A stretch of DNA of 64,000 nucleotides. It comes from Lama guanicoe (taxonomy: Eukaryota). Every line of letters begins with the position of its first letter. Within the stretch, counting starts at the first letter, position 1. The stretch is taken from the NCBI GenBank assembly GCA_013239625.1, contig MU053156.1, forward strand, positions 250,467 to 314,466. Direction: 5' to 3'. Under the pieces are notes generated by a model. It had not been told where the DNA came from. It saw only the letters and a list, made by a program, of their open reading frames with translations, and ran no database searches. Made by a program: the position numbers and the translations under genes. This document shows positions 1-13,345 of the stretch, piece after piece.

Positions 1-104
1 GTGCTGCAGGGGGCCAGTGCAGATGTGTGAGTCCGATCTGCACATACAGGAAGCCAGAGATAGAAACGTGGGAATCGTCAATATGTATTTCAAACCCTGG
101 GAAT

Positions 105-400
105 GTATGAGCAGCACTAATAGAAATTCAAGCTGTATCCATCAATTCTGAATGTTTCAACAGCCACGTTAAAAAAAGATGAAGTTAATTTCAATAATAC
201 ACTTTAATTTTCCAGTATATCCATGGTATTACCACTTAAACATGTTTTCAGAACAACAGTGAGATACTCTGCACCCTTTTTTCACACTAAGTCTTCAAAA
301 CCCATGTGTGTTTGATGCTTGCAGCCCATCTCGATTCAGACTGGTGGCTCTGAAGGCTTGGTGGCCGCCAGTGGCTAGTGGCTGCCCTAAGGACAGAGCA
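105..400. mobile_element. MER33/MER3-like hAT DNA transposon fossil in a PRODH intron
   Basis: Recognisable motifs gttaatttcaataatacactt, cacactaagtcttcaaaa and gtggctagtggctgcc. Confidence 0.6.
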
Positions 401-785
401 GCCAGCGAGGGGAGAGTGAGAGGCTGGAGGTGGGGTCGGGGGGCTAGCAACATGGCAGTGGAACTGAGGGGCTCGAGGAAAGGATGGGGGAGGGCTGAGC
501 GCTTCCTGGGGCCACACCAAGTGCCGGCCACTGGGTGGGTCTCCCTCGCTGCGTTAAGGTGGACAGCAGGGAAGGGGCCATTGGGGAGCAAGCGCAACAG
601 GAGGGGAGGCTGGCTGGGGCTGGAGAGAACTTGGTGTCCAAGGGCCAAGGACAGGAGCAGCAGGGCGGAGGCATGGTCTAGGCAGGACAGAGCCTACACC
701 TGCACTCCCCCCTGCAGGGGATGGAGGCTGGGGACCCAGGGGGGGAGGGAGGGAGCAGCTCACCCACCACTTCGCTTGTTCACAG

Positions 786-874
786 GATGGAGGAGCTGGG
801 CCTGCACCCTGCCGACCGCCAGGTGTACTTTGGTCAGCTTCTGGGCATGTGCGACCAGATCAGCTTCCCACTGG
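786..874 (+). CDS. PRODH: Proline dehydrogenase 1, penultimate coding exon (89 nt)
   Basis: Flanked by cacag|GATG and CTGG|gtgag. Encodes MEELGLHPADRQVYFGQLLGMCDQISFPL, matching the recalled PRODH C-terminal domain. Confidence 0.96.
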
Positions 875-955
875 GTGAGCCGGGCACCCCTCGGGGGTGG
901 GGGTGGGGGTGGGGCGGCAGGGGCCGGGACTCACCGCTGCCGCCCATGTGTGCAG

Positions 956-1143
956 GCCAGGCGGGCTTCCCCGTGTACAAGTACGTGCCCTACGGTCCTG
1001 TGATGGAGGTGCTGCCCTACCTGTCCCGCCGAGCCCTGGAGAACAGCGGGGTCATGAAGGGCGCCCAGCGGGAGCGGCAGCTGCTGTGGCAGGAGCTCAA
1101 GCGGAGGCTCCGCACGGGCAGCCTCTGCCACCGCCCGGCCTAG
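956..1143 (+). CDS. PRODH: Proline dehydrogenase 1, last coding exon
   Basis: tgcag|GCCAG acceptor after an 81-nt intron. Encodes GQAGFPVYKYVPYGPVMEVLPYLSRRALENSGVMKGAQRERQLLWQELKRRLRTGSLCHRPA; TAG at 1141-1143. Upstream exons lie outside the window. Confidence 0.97.
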
Positions 1144-1535
1144 CACCGCAGCCCCCACCTCCAGATGCTGCCTCACCTGGGCTGCGACTCAGGGGCCCTC
1201 AGGGCAGGGGTCTGGGGTGTCTGGGTGGCCCCCAGGCGGACACCGACACTACAGCTACACCGCCAACCCCAACCTCACACGGATTTACCTTTCACATCCC
1301 AAATGGTGAGACCCTGCTGGCCCTGCCCAGGATGTGGGCACTCAGGTGTGGGCTGAGCCCCATACCTGCAAGAGCCACTGGGAACTGTCAGGACCTGCCC
1401 TTCAGTGAGTGAGCATGGCTGCGACTCTGCCCACCCCCAGACCTTGGACCAGGAGAACCGCCTTCTGCAGGGTCCAACCCACTCGCGCCGAGCCCCACCG
1501 TTGGGCAGTGGCCAGGCTGGAGGAACTGGCCTGTC

Positions 1536-1541
1536 AATAAA
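1536..1541 (+). terminator. PRODH polyadenylation signal
   Basis: AATAAA about 390 nt after the stop codon. Confidence 0.8.
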
Positions 1542-2131
1542 CCACTGTGTTTGCAGCTGAGAGCCCTCAACTCCATGCCTGCGATGCTTTTCCCCGCAGA
1601 GCCCTCACCTGCGGTCAGTGGCACGGAGGGAGGGGTTCCGATGGCCGAGGAGTCTCCCCGTCAGGCACTGCCTCTCCAGCAGCACGTGCCTCGGCACACC
1701 ACGGCAGGGATCCCAACACCTCCCTTCTGGCTGTACTGCAGACCCAGCCGTGCACCCCCAGCTCCACAACCAGGCTCACACCAACGCAGACAGACACTCC
1801 TGGGGGGGCTGGTGCTCTCCTACCCTCGGTCTCTCCCTCCCTGACTCTCCCTGCTACTCCGTGTCCTGACCCCAGCGCTCCACACCAGGCTCCTGCCGCT
1901 CTGACAGGGGCAGGCCCTTGGCCACCCCGTTCCCCATGAAGCAGACTGGAGGTGGCCCTGGCACCCTGGAACTTACCCCAGAAAGGGCCTCTGTAACATG
2001 AGGAGTGGGGCAAGTTCTGCCAACTCCTCTCTAAGGCACGGAGCTCCTAGACGAAGGCCTGGGTGGGCCTTGCTCACGACAGGCACCACAGAGGTGTCAC
2101 ACAAGCCACGTGCATGCCATACTGGGCCCTC

Positions 2132-2137
2132 TTTATT
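2132..2137 (-). terminator. DGCR6 polyadenylation signal
   Basis: TTTATT on + (AATAAA on -), about 360 nt after the DGCR6 stop. Confidence 0.75.
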
Positions 2138-2498
2138 TCTTGGGGGTCACATACAACTTGGGAGCCTTTCCCACTCTGGGGCTGTAGTTGCCAGGGGTGG
2201 AGCCGAGACAAGAACAAATAGGATGCCTGGGGCAGACAGCTGAGGGTTGGGCCCACCGTTCCTTTTACCTGACCACCCTACTTTGGACAAAATCCAGATG
2301 GAGGTGGGTGGGTGGTAGGTGCAGCCCAGGCCCACGTGGCCTCTCCTCATGGGAGCCCCTCCTGCAGCAGCTGGGAAGGTGGGGGTCAGACTTCAGGAAG
2401 ACGAGCACCACTCAGCTTTCCGCTGCCTCTGGCAACTGAGACAGGGCTGTCTTCTCCGCCGCGGTGGGCAGCTGGTCACTGGCAGGAGTCCCGCCTGA

Positions 2499-2609
<111 letters not shown>

Positions 2610-2918
2610 CTAGAGTGACACGTGGTCCCCTTTAGCCATGGCAAAGGACCCAGGAAGCAGCCTCCTTTCCCCAGGGACCCAGGGCACATATCAAGGCCTA
2701 GAGAGTACCAGGCAGTGAGTCCACGGGGCTGGCTTCCAGGGAAGCCTGGCTACCACCTGCCAGAAAGGGGCAGAAGCCAGGACTCCACCCACGGCAGGGC
2801 AAGCAGTTGCCCCAGCTTGACGTAAGTGGAGGTGTATGCAGGGGAACTGCAGACAAGGGCCCTGTGTGGTGCAGCGAGCCTGGGGAAGATGGACGATGCC
2901 CTGCAGTCAGCTGGCTTA

Positions 2919-3527
<609 letters not shown>

Positions 3528-4010
3528 CTATCAGGCTGGCCACCATCTCTGGGCCTTGAGTATGTCTCTTCTGCACTGGAGCTGTGGCCGACCCCAGCTT
3601 GGCACCTCCTCCCTGCACTCTGGCTTGGGGGACATGTCTCTGCCCGCTCCCCCACCCGCCGTGTCTTCTTCTTTACATGTGGGCCTGTGGGTTGTTCCCA
3701 GAATGGACCCCTGCGGGCTAGCTCCTTCATCCCACCATCACCTGTGCATCTCCAAGTCCTCGTGGCACAACGGCCCCCACTCATACCTGCCCTGCGCAGG
3801 CCCAGCCCACAAGGAGCTGAGTCTCCAGAGCAGGTGGCAAGGAGCAGGGGGATCACACACCCTCCACCCAGTCTGAGCACACCCCAGCCCCCTACAGTGA
3901 AGAGCAGCACGAGGGCTCATCAGGCCTTCAGTGGCCCTTCCCAGGCTGAGCCCCCTCTACCTGGCCCCATCAGCAGAGCCCAGGTGGTGCCCACCCCGCC
4001 CACACCCTAC

Positions 4011-4111
4011 CTCTAGTTCACGCTGCTGAGCCGCCTGGAGCACAGGCAAGTTGTGGGGCCGGCAGGCCTGCTGGGCTTCCTGGTGTTTCTGCCGCAGCGC
4101 CTGCCTGAGCA
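4011..4111 (-). CDS. DGCR6: DGCR6/DGCR6L exon 3 (101 nt)
   Basis: cccag|TGCTC ... GAG|gtagg; encodes (V)[33 protein letters not shown]. Confidence 0.96.
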
Positions 4112-4849
4112 CTGGGAGGGGAGGAGACCAGAGCATCAGTAGGTGGTGGAGGGGTCGGGGGGGCACCGAACATCTCCCACCCTGGCGCCTGCTCAGCTGT
4201 CCCCCAACCACGGGGCAGCAGGCAAAGGTGTGGACATGATGAAGGCTTGCACTGGGACACCCAGCCCCCAGGCCACTCAGGCCTGCCCTCACCCAGGGTA
4301 TGGCCTTTCTCCAGCAAGGTTCCAGGGCACTCCGGAAGGTGCTGGCACAAGAGGAGAGTGAGACCAGGCGTGCTGGCATACGGGTGGGGCCAGGGCTGCA
4401 GCCTAGGCTCGGCAGACTAATGGAGGAGGGGAGACTGTGGTCTGGGGCTTTCTAGGCTCAGATGGCTACAGGCTAGGAGTCTGGTGTGAACTGCCCATCA
4501 TCCACGGACAGCCACTGGCATGTCCAAGAGATGAAGCAAGCAAAGGCCTGGAAAAGGAGGACGAAGAGAGTGGCCTCTGTCCCCAGGGGTGCGGCAGTGT
4601 CGCTCCCTCTCAGTGCCGTCCCTGGTGGACGGGGGCGGGGGTGGGGTGGGGCATGCAGAGCCACCCTGCACCACCTTATCCACAGCTCCCAGAGGGAGTA
4701 GGGTGCGCACAGACCCTGGAAGGCTCAAGGATGTGATGAAATAAAAGCCACATGTAATGTAAGACAAGAAAAATTTAAACATAAAACTACCTCTCTACTG
4801 TCACTCTGGGCCTCCCTCCCTCCCTCCAGGGTGCACTGTGCAGCTGTAA

Positions 4850-6000
4850 TCATGTGTTAAGACAAAGGCAGAAACACCTGCTCAACAATAAAGGTCAATT
4901 TTCCTTCTGGCGCCAGCCACGTAACTCCTTAGAAGATAACATTCTTTTCTCAGTTCTGTAAGGGTTCACGATGACCCGCCACGCACCTTGTACGTACACT
5001 CTTCGGTGGACTTTATGTACGATGCCAAGGTATCATTTCCCTCAAAGACAGTGCCTGGTGCAGAACAGACTGCTCAGACGACCCGGGGAGATGCTGGGCC
5101 GCACCTAATGGAAGTTCTTATTTTCAGTACTTACTTTTGACCTTATTAATGTCACTATAGTACTTGTATGTGACCTATCTTACAAGATTACTGTTTCCTG
5201 CATGGCCAAGTGTGTGCTGAGTCTCCGATAAAAATAATGACTAGGTGACCTGAAACAGCTGACCAAGACTGTCGTCCTCCAGGATGAGTGGTTGTAATAG
5301 TGACTCTCAACGTGGGAAGAAGCCACGGAGGGTGCCGTGTCCTGGACTGGAGCAGGCCAGTGAGACAGGCGGCCCCGAGGCGCTGGCTGCTGTCAGTGAC
5401 CAGGCCCTTGCCCGGGAACAGCGCACGGAGCAGCTGGCCTATCAGCCAGGGCTTCACCTGACCTGGGAATGAGCAGCCTCGGGACAAACTGGTCATGAAA
5501 TGCCTCCCACGCCTTGGTCATAACCAAGCCTGAAAGGAAGGGGACTGTAGATAAAGAACGTTGTCCACCATCCTGTCCTACAAGAATCCGGTCATCGCCC
5601 ACTGCAGTCGTGCACCTACAGCCACCTGGGAGGGAATTCAGGGCGAAGATCGGGATGAGGCACTTTGTGCTCTGGGAAAACTGGCAGAACTGGCCCTCAG
5701 GTAGGTATTTTCAGGAGAAAATTTTATGAACCAGTTTCCTGCATCCTCGCACATAGAAAAGCACTAAAACCATTAACTAAGCTATCTATTCTTCGTGAAC
5801 AGCAGTGACCCTCAACCAGGATGAGTGCTCGACTGCACGCACCCTCTTTGCCAAAATCACACATACTGGCCTCCCCGCTTGCTTTGTGGAACTGTCCTCA
5901 GAGCTTTCTGAAAAACTGCCTCTGGGTTATACTTCTCAGGCTGGCTCGACTAAAATTTTCCATTTCTTTCTTAGGTTGACTACTGATTATTTTTTGACAC
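4850..6000 (+). mobile_element. ERV1-type LTR sequence in DGCR6 intron 2
   Basis: TG...CA-bounded LTR-like block resembling the LTR at ~19990-20420 (opposite strand); family not assigned. Confidence 0.55.
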
Positions 6001-7189
6001 ATGGGAGGAGCTGGCAGACGCTGTGTGCCGGGGAGTCCGTGTTGCTCCGAGAGGGGCCCAACACAGCCTCTGAGCAAAGCGCCACAGTCCCCAGTAACTG
6101 TGCAGGCCTGGGCAGAGGAGAAAGGCGGCACAGGATGGAAAGCCAGCCAGCCACAAAACAGAACACTCAACGCCATTCAACCCAAATCCTGGACTAGTAA
6201 GTGTCAATGGCTAGTCTCCCCTGTAAGGAAATAGCGCCCGCTCTGTCCCAGGCAGAGACCTCACGTTACAGCTCTTCTCCGCAGGGCCCCCGAGGTGCCC
6301 CTGCTGCACCCAGAGCCTCTGCCAACCTGTCTCCTGGCACTGTGCGCACACCTCAACCATGGCATTTATCACACCAAGTGAGTTTGAAGCTGAGAGCCGC
6401 CTTCAAGACATTTCCACAAACACAGAGACAGAAAGACACTCCCTAGCTATGTTTATACCACGTGGAGGCAGAATGTGAGCAAACAGACAAATGCAGGGAA
6501 ATGTCAGCTTCACTCCATTTATCACACGTCACCACAAATCCCAGGTCAACTTCCAGATTCCACTGGCTGAGCAACCAGAGGCAAAAAGAGCTGCACCCAC
6601 TGCCCAGGCCGAAGAGGACTGGCCTCAGCAACGACCAGCCGAACACCACCTGCTAAGCCACAGAACGAAGCAGAAAGTCACTGCTGACAGCAAAGCTGCT
6701 GAACCTTCCAAAGGACAAGCAGCAAAGTGTCTGGAGAGCTATCAAAACTCCCCATTGAAAAGAACCAGGGCTCTGTGGAGAGGTGGCTTGCTTCCTCTTT
6801 GCCCCCTTCCCCCCTTTAAAAAATTACTGGGTGCTTTATTTGCTCCCTGAACTAGTAACCTCTGGAGAGAAACAGATCACCAAAATGGGAGCAGATGCAT
6901 TTGGCAGAGACTCAATCACAGGCAGGAGGTATGGGAAAGATCTGTGGTGGCAGCAGGGAAAGGCCGGTCCTAAAGGAAGGCTGCTGGTGTGGGGAGCTGG
7001 AGGCAGCTGACAGAAGAGGGGCTGAGGCTGGGAAAGAATGCCAGATGAGCCTGAACACCTTCCTGTACCAGAAAGTGTTCCAAGAATGATGGGGGCACAT
7101 CAGAAGGACACAGGGGCCAGCCCACTGTTCTCCCACTGGCCAAATGTGGCCCAGTTTGAGCATTAAAAGGAATGAGCTGTGTACTTTGG

Positions 7190-7600
7190 CTCTGTGAGTA
7201 TGCATCTTATTCTTCAATACAAATGTGTACAAGGACAACCACCCAAACATTTAGGGAGGAAGCAGTACCAATTCTAAAGAATCTGGAAGACCAAAGAGAA
7301 CACTTCTCAGCTCTGTGAAGTAAGCACTACCCTGCTTACCTAAACCAGACAAACATGTTACAAGAGAATGACAGCCCAATGTCCACCGTGAGCACAGAGG
7401 TAAAAATTCTTAACGAGATTTCAGCAAATCAAATCCAACAGACAAAAAAGACAGTACATCATGACCAAGCAGTGTTTATCCCAGGAATGCAGTTTATCCC
7501 AGGAATTTAAAAAGCCAATGTAATTCACCATAGTAACCAAAAAGCCACTTGATCATCTCAATGGATGCAGAAAAAGGATCTGACTAAACCCAGCACCCAT
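7190..7600 (+). mobile_element. Old L1 ORF2 fragment
   Basis: L1 motifs ttagggaggaagcagtaccaattc, catcatgaccaag and tttatcccaggaatgc. Confidence 0.65.
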
Positions 7601-8030
7601 TCCCGACAGAGACAGCAATCGGGGGCAGATGTCTATCACGTCATTAGGAGGAATTTTTGCCACATGTTTAACGTGTGTATTGTCATGCCTCCACCTGCTG
7701 CTCAGTTTACAGGAAACACGGAGGGTGGAGAAAGGCAAAACGTCAGCACGAGGAAGCAATCCAACAGACCCAGAGTGGGGACGGCCCACGGCAGAAGGCA
7801 CGGACTCTTCAGCAAGTCAGTGCCACAGTAAATGCTGGGGACTATTCCAGAGGCAGAGAGACCAAAGTGACCAACCGCAATGCATAACCACACACCGGAT
7901 CCTTATAAATCAACAGAAAATTTGAGATAATTTCCAGTATGTGGCCATGGACTAAAGATCAGAACATACCCTGGAATGACTAATTTCTATCCATTGTTGT
8001 GGCTACAAAGGAGCGTGTTCTGGTTCCAGA

Positions 8031-8223
8031 GCACTGGTTCTCAACCCTGGGCCAAGGACGCCTGGGGACATTTTTGGTTGTCACTACTAGGGGAAGGTGC
8101 CACTGTCATCCAGCAGTTAGAAGGCAGGGATACTGTTAAACAGCCTGCAATACACAGAACAGTGTCTCACCATTAAGATCTGTCCAGCCACCAACATCAA
8201 CAGTACTGCTGTTGAAAACCCGG
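8031..8223 (+). mobile_element. MER20 DNA transposon
   Basis: ctggttctcaacc ... ggggacatttttggttgtcac ... gggatactgttaaaca ... gttgaaaaccc matches the recalled MER20 consensus. Confidence 0.75.
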
Positions 8224-9011
8224 GACAAGAGGAAAGCTGAAGAGCCCGATGAAGCCCTGCGGTGTTGCATATACTTACTTATGACATAAAGATCTGTGTC
8301 ATAACTTCAATTATCGAGTGTAGATGGGGAATGTGCAGGTAATCATACTATACTTCCAACTTTCCTAAATGTTTGAACTTTTTTTTAATAAATAAAAAGT
8401 TGGGGAAAAATAAAATAACAAACGTGGGAAATCTGCGGGGGCAGGAAGAGCTGCTGAGCGTATCTTACAGGAGGGGGCTCCAGAGGCCCCCCCACCCCGC
8501 CCCGTAGTAAGGACGCCTGGGAGGGGACAAGACTCACGACGCTTTGGCCAAACATGTGTCTCAAGTAGAAAAGTCTTCGCGTCCCGGAGGGTGCCACAGG
8601 GAACAGTGCATGGGACTTGACGCGCAGCAGAGGGAACTGACCGTAAAGGGCGCTGCCCAGTTGTCAGCACTGCGGGGCATCACTGCTAGCGGTCAGCCGC
8701 CGCCACGATGACCTGCCCCTGGGCTGACCAAGCACAGAGACCTCGGGCCGTCCTTCCTAGAAGAGGGTGAGGGCAGGGGAAGCGCGAGCAAGGAATTTCT
8801 GGATGTCCTGCTAACAAATGACCGTGCAACTGACAAAGTAAAACGGGCTTGACCCATTTATCACCAAAGGCTCCACGCCCTTGATCTGGTCATTTTCAGG
8901 GACTTCTTCCGAGCGGTACCCGGGGAAGGGCTCGGCCAGCCGAGACCCGGAGCCGCCGAGCACGCCGACCTCCCGCGGAAGGAGCTCTGCGGCCCCGCCG
9001 CTCCCGCGCAC

Positions 9012-9172
9012 CTCGGTGTTCGTTCTGCAGCCGCAGGCGCTGGTTGTACAGGCTCTTCTCGGTGAGATGCTGGATCTCCAGCAGCCCCTGCACGATCTCG
9101 AACACGGTGCCGTCGAGGAGCGCCAGGGCCAGGTCGCTGAGCGTGGTGTAGGACAGGCGCTGCTGGAAGGAG
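9012..9172 (-). CDS. DGCR6: DGCR6/DGCR6L exon 2 (161 nt)
   Basis: ccgcag|CTCC ... CGAG|gtgcgc; encodes [53 protein letters not shown]. Confidence 0.96.
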
Positions 9173-9280
9173 CTGCGGGCGGAGGGCGAGGTGAGCCGGG
9201 TGGACCGGGCCTCCTCGGCCGACCGCCCCCGCCCCGCCCCGCCCCGCCCCGCGCGCCCCGCGCGCCCCGCGGCCGCGCAC

Positions 9281-9390
9281 CTGGGCAGCTCCTTGACCAG
9301 GCCCTGCAGCGCCGACAGCAGCTGGTAGTGCCTCTCCTGCTGCCGGGCCCCGTCGACCGCCTCCTCCAGGGCGCCCGCGTAGCGCTCCAT
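9281..9390 (-). CDS. DGCR6: DGCR6/DGCR6L exon 1 (110 coding nt)
   Basis: Kozak-context gccATGG; encodes [40 protein letters not shown]|gtgcgc donor. The five exons sum to 597 nt (198 aa plus stop) with consistent phases. Confidence 0.96.
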
Positions 9391-11924
9391 GGCGCCCGCG
9401 CCGCGCGCCCCCTTACGCCGGTCTTCCGCGCGGGGCGCCCCGCCCCCTTTTACGACAGCTCTGAACGCGCCCTGCCTTCTGTGTCATCCGGTGGGAGACT
9501 AGCTCCGCCCCTCCGAGGAGGCTCCCGCGTTGTCACCGCCCCTTACCCTGCTACCCGGCCCACACGACCTCAGAGGCGTAACCCGACAGCCTCCAGATCG
9601 CGAGATTTCTGAGAAGCCCTTCCCGGCCCGCACTGAGGCCCCGCCCCGCCCTGGAGTTTAGACCGTGGTCCGGAGAGCAGATGCCCAGCCCGAGTTGGGT
9701 ACCACTGATGGAGGGTAGGTCTTCCAGACTTTAGGGTTGATCTCAGCCTCTTGGGTGTTGCTGGGATTCAGTGTCTCTGTGGTTCGCTGGCTAAATTGAG
9801 GGTTTTTTGCTTGTTTTACCTCTTACGCTTTTTTTTTTTTAAAGTAACTGAGTCATTTTATCACAGAATACTATGTGGCTACTTAGTTGGAAAAACGTGT
9901 ATATTGCCCTAAATTGGTAAATTTAAGCTGTTGTAAAAAAAAAACTGTTGTAAAAAACTACTTCATAGTTGTGTTTACCTGTCTTTTAACTGACAGTCAA
10001 GCCTGATTCTTTCAGAGGGAAAACATGAGTTCCATTTATCTGCTAACACTTCAAATTGAAGGTCTTGATGTTATTCTGATTGACTTGAAGAGACATCTGC
10101 AGTATATGGATGTTTGGGGACATAATATTAAATAAATGATGTTTGTGAATTTTGTTACGTTAGGTGGCTTGGCTAAATATCTTCCTATAACTGTATATGG
10201 ATTTCATTTTTCAAAAACCACATTTGCCTTTACGCTAGGTTGTAAACACTCTTTATAATGCATAAAGCATGTTTTCCCTTATGTTAAATCTTTTATAACA
10301 TTTTGTATTTACATATTGTTGGTCTGTGATTATTTAAACCAGAATTTGTTAAAATATGTATATAGATAGAATACATGTGAAATAGGTTGGTGTTTATCTT
10401 ATAAACATGCATAAAGGAGGATCACAAATTATTTTCCTGTGCTTAAGCACCTTACGCCAGAGTTTGGTATGAGACGCTACTTTCTGTTTTCGAACAAATG
10501 AATTATGTATAGTCTGTGTTTTCTGCAAGCTCTATATTGTAAACTACATTCCAGACAACTACTGACTGTTATGTTTTTAGTAGTCTCTAGTTTTATATGT
10601 GACTTTTGTCCTGAAAGTAGTAAAGCCATATAGACATGTGCAAAACTAATATCATATTTGTAAATATTGAGTATGTAATATAGAAATCAACTGCGTATTT
10701 AACTGGTCTGGAACCTTCAGGGGATTAATGCAAGAAATTTGAAACAAAGATTTTAATGAACTGGTATTCAAAAGACACCAATAAATGTAGTTAAGACATT
10801 TTAGCCTCCTTGACATTGTTCCATGAATGTGGAATATTTTTCTGTGAATTTAGGTCTTAATTACTCTCAACAAGCTATTGTAGTTTTCAGTGTACAAGAC
10901 TTGTATTTTTTTTCCTTGCCTCTATCAGATGCTGATTCAGAATGTACACGACCTCCTGGAGGACCTTGCCCCTACCCTGCCATGTGCTGCCACTTAGAAG
11001 GCCTGTGAAGTCACCATAAGGTTTTGTCCTTTACTTGATTCTTAATTCTTTAGAATTTATCATTTTACTCTCATAAATGCCTGTTGTTCTTGTAACAAAT
11101 CTTTTAAAAATGAAAATATTGTACTTTAGATGAATAATGTACCATAGATGAATAATGAATGGATCACATGTAACATATGATTTTAATCCTTTTAGAATTA
11201 GTAGAGCAATAGACACATTATAAAAAATTGCAATACCACCTAAAGAAGAGATTTGCAAATGTCACCTACAGAGGTGACTGTCATGAATGGTTTGGTGCAC
11301 ATCTCTCAGTCTGTGTCTCTCTCATTCTGTCTCTCTGTTTCTGTCTCACACACTCATAATCAGATTCATTTACATCTATGTTGATTTCACACGTATGGGG
11401 TCATACAGATGGGACCCTCGATGCAGACGGTAGGTTCAGGTGCTTCCACCCTGAGGGCTCCCCTGACATCAGGTAGAGACCCTGCACCCACTTCTCCAGC
11501 TGTGCAGCATTCATTCATCCACATGGACCAGAACTGATGGATCCCATCCCTTCTTCACGAACATTAGTGTTGCTTGCAACTCCCTGTTCTTTCAGCCAGT
11601 GCTGTGATGAACATCTTTCTTTGAAAAGACATCTTTGAAAACTTGTGCAAGAACTTTGGTGGGGTCAGCTCGAAGGATCAGCACTGCTAGGAAAGGGATG
11701 CACCTGTGGAAACTTAATGGTCCTGCACCCTGTTCTCCCAGAGAGGAGTGTCTGTTCACTCTTCCCTCCAGGGGATCTGCTGGGGCCTCTGCCTCCTCAG
11801 GTTGTCACCAGACTAAAGACCTGTCAGTGTGATGTGACCAATGCTGTCTCCACAGTGTGTACATCTGCCTGAGCCCTCACCTGAGAGGTCAAGCATCTGT
11901 AACATACACTGGCCACCTGCATTG

Positions 11925-12305
11925 TCGATTTCAGGAGTAAATCTTTTAGTTCTTCAACATTGAGCATGATGTTTGCTGTGGGTTTTGCATAATGCTCTTT
12001 ATCATATTGAACACATTTCCTTTTACTTTCTTGAATATTTATGAACATGAAACATCACTGGATTTTGTGTAAAGTTTTTTCTGCATCAGTTGATATAACC
12101 ATGTCTTTTTACGTCACTTAGTGACTGGTGTATTATATTGCTTGGTTTTAATATGTTGAAAAACCTGGAATTTTGGTGAAGAGACGCTTGTAGTGCATAA
12201 TGCTTTTAATGTGCCTTTGGTTTCATATTGCTATCATTTTGTGGAGGATTCTTGCATGCATATTTAGGAAGAATTCTGGTCTGTAGTTTTCTTAACATGT
12301 GTTTG
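11925..12305 (-). mobile_element. L1 ORF2 fragment
   Basis: Antisense L1 motifs ttgagcatgatgtttgctgtgggtttt and ttttctgcatcagttgatat. Confidence 0.7.
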
Positions 12306-12319
12306 TGTGATTTGATTAG

Positions 12320-12685
12320 ATTGGGGTTGGTATCAGTGGCTTAGAGGCTTGGGGCTCGGGCTGAGGCGGGCACTGGTGCTGCAACTGGGGCTGGGTTAAG
12401 GGTTTTGGCTATGGTTATGATTCACTGTTAATAGGGTTGGTTATGGCTTCCAGTTTTGGCTATCTGGTCTTAGTCATGGATTCTGGTTCTGGTTTATGGT
12501 TTCCAGTTTCTGATTTCAGGTCTCAGGTTTGGGCAAGGGCTCAGGGTTAAGGTCTAGTGGCTAGAGTCTGGGCTCAGGGCTCCACTTGGACTTGGAATAG
12601 GGTTTGAGGATTGGGATTATACATCCTGCTAGTATACACTGGGTTGGGGTTAGGGGTTAGGGTTAGGATCAGGAGTAGGGGCTTA
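12320..12685 (+). repeat. Degenerate G/T-rich hexamer array, telomere-like
   Basis: Periodic GGGTTR/GGGCTC/GGTTCT-type units with perfect TTAGGG at 12650 and 12657, followed by TTAGGA. Confidence 0.55.
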
Positions 12686-12696
12686 ATAGTTAAGAA

Positions 12697-13023
12697 AGGT
12701 TTATTGCTGGGTCAAGCAAGGAGAACCAGCAGCTCATGAACCCAGAACCCTGAACTCCCTGAAGGGTTTCAGCTGAGCAATTTTAAAGCCTCCCTGGGTG
12801 ACCAGCTGCGTGCAGTTCTCTGGCTTTCAGTGCCGGAAGGTCTGGGGGCTGTGCACTCATGACCACCCAGCAGTTAACTCCTTCCATTTGATGGTGGTTC
12901 TTAGCACTGGAAGAAGTCAGGAAATATGCACGAGATACTGTTATCTTCAGAGAGGAGCTACAGCAGAGGATTTAGGAGAGGGATCTGTCCCAGAAAGGCC
13001 CCACAGGGTCCTGCTTGGTTACA
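12697..13023 (-). mobile_element. Partial ERV LTR, same family as 13346-13845
   Basis: Shares tttattgc, cagctcatg, gggtttcag and the end gaaaggccccacagggtcctgcttggttaca with the neighbouring copy. Confidence 0.7.
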
Positions 13024-13345
13024 CTGTTATTTGGTGATTATCCCACAGCCCCAGGGGCATTAAAAACACTGCCTGGCCCCTCTACTGCCCCCACCCCAAT
13101 AACCAAAGGAGTCCTACCAGTGTGGGGTCTGGGGAAAGGCAGCCCACATTCCCTAAGCAACCCAACCTCCCTTGGACGACTGCCCCAAGTCGAGCCCCCC
13201 ATCCACATCTCAAAAACCCCTGCTAGGACTCATGGCAGGCCCAACCTCCCCACATGAAGAAGACTGACTGTCCCAAGGAGACCCTGACCCAACCCAACCC
13301 CGAGCCCAGCCCTCATCCAGAACACCCCAGTGAAGTCACTGGCCC

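Larger units (their letters stand above)
8690..9700. promoter_or_regulatory. CpG island / DGCR6 promoter
   Basis: Very CpG-dense stretch over exons 1-2 and upstream. GC boxes (CCCCGCCCCGCCC near 9640) and a near-match to the TCTCGCGAGA element (GATCGCGAGA near 9600). Confidence 0.88.

Noticed and set aside
8881..9612. 243-aa plus-strand ORF and other long ORFs in the first 9.6 kb
   Set aside because: These are antisense or alternative-frame shadows of DGCR6 and PRODH in GC-rich, stop-poor DNA, with no recognisable protein.
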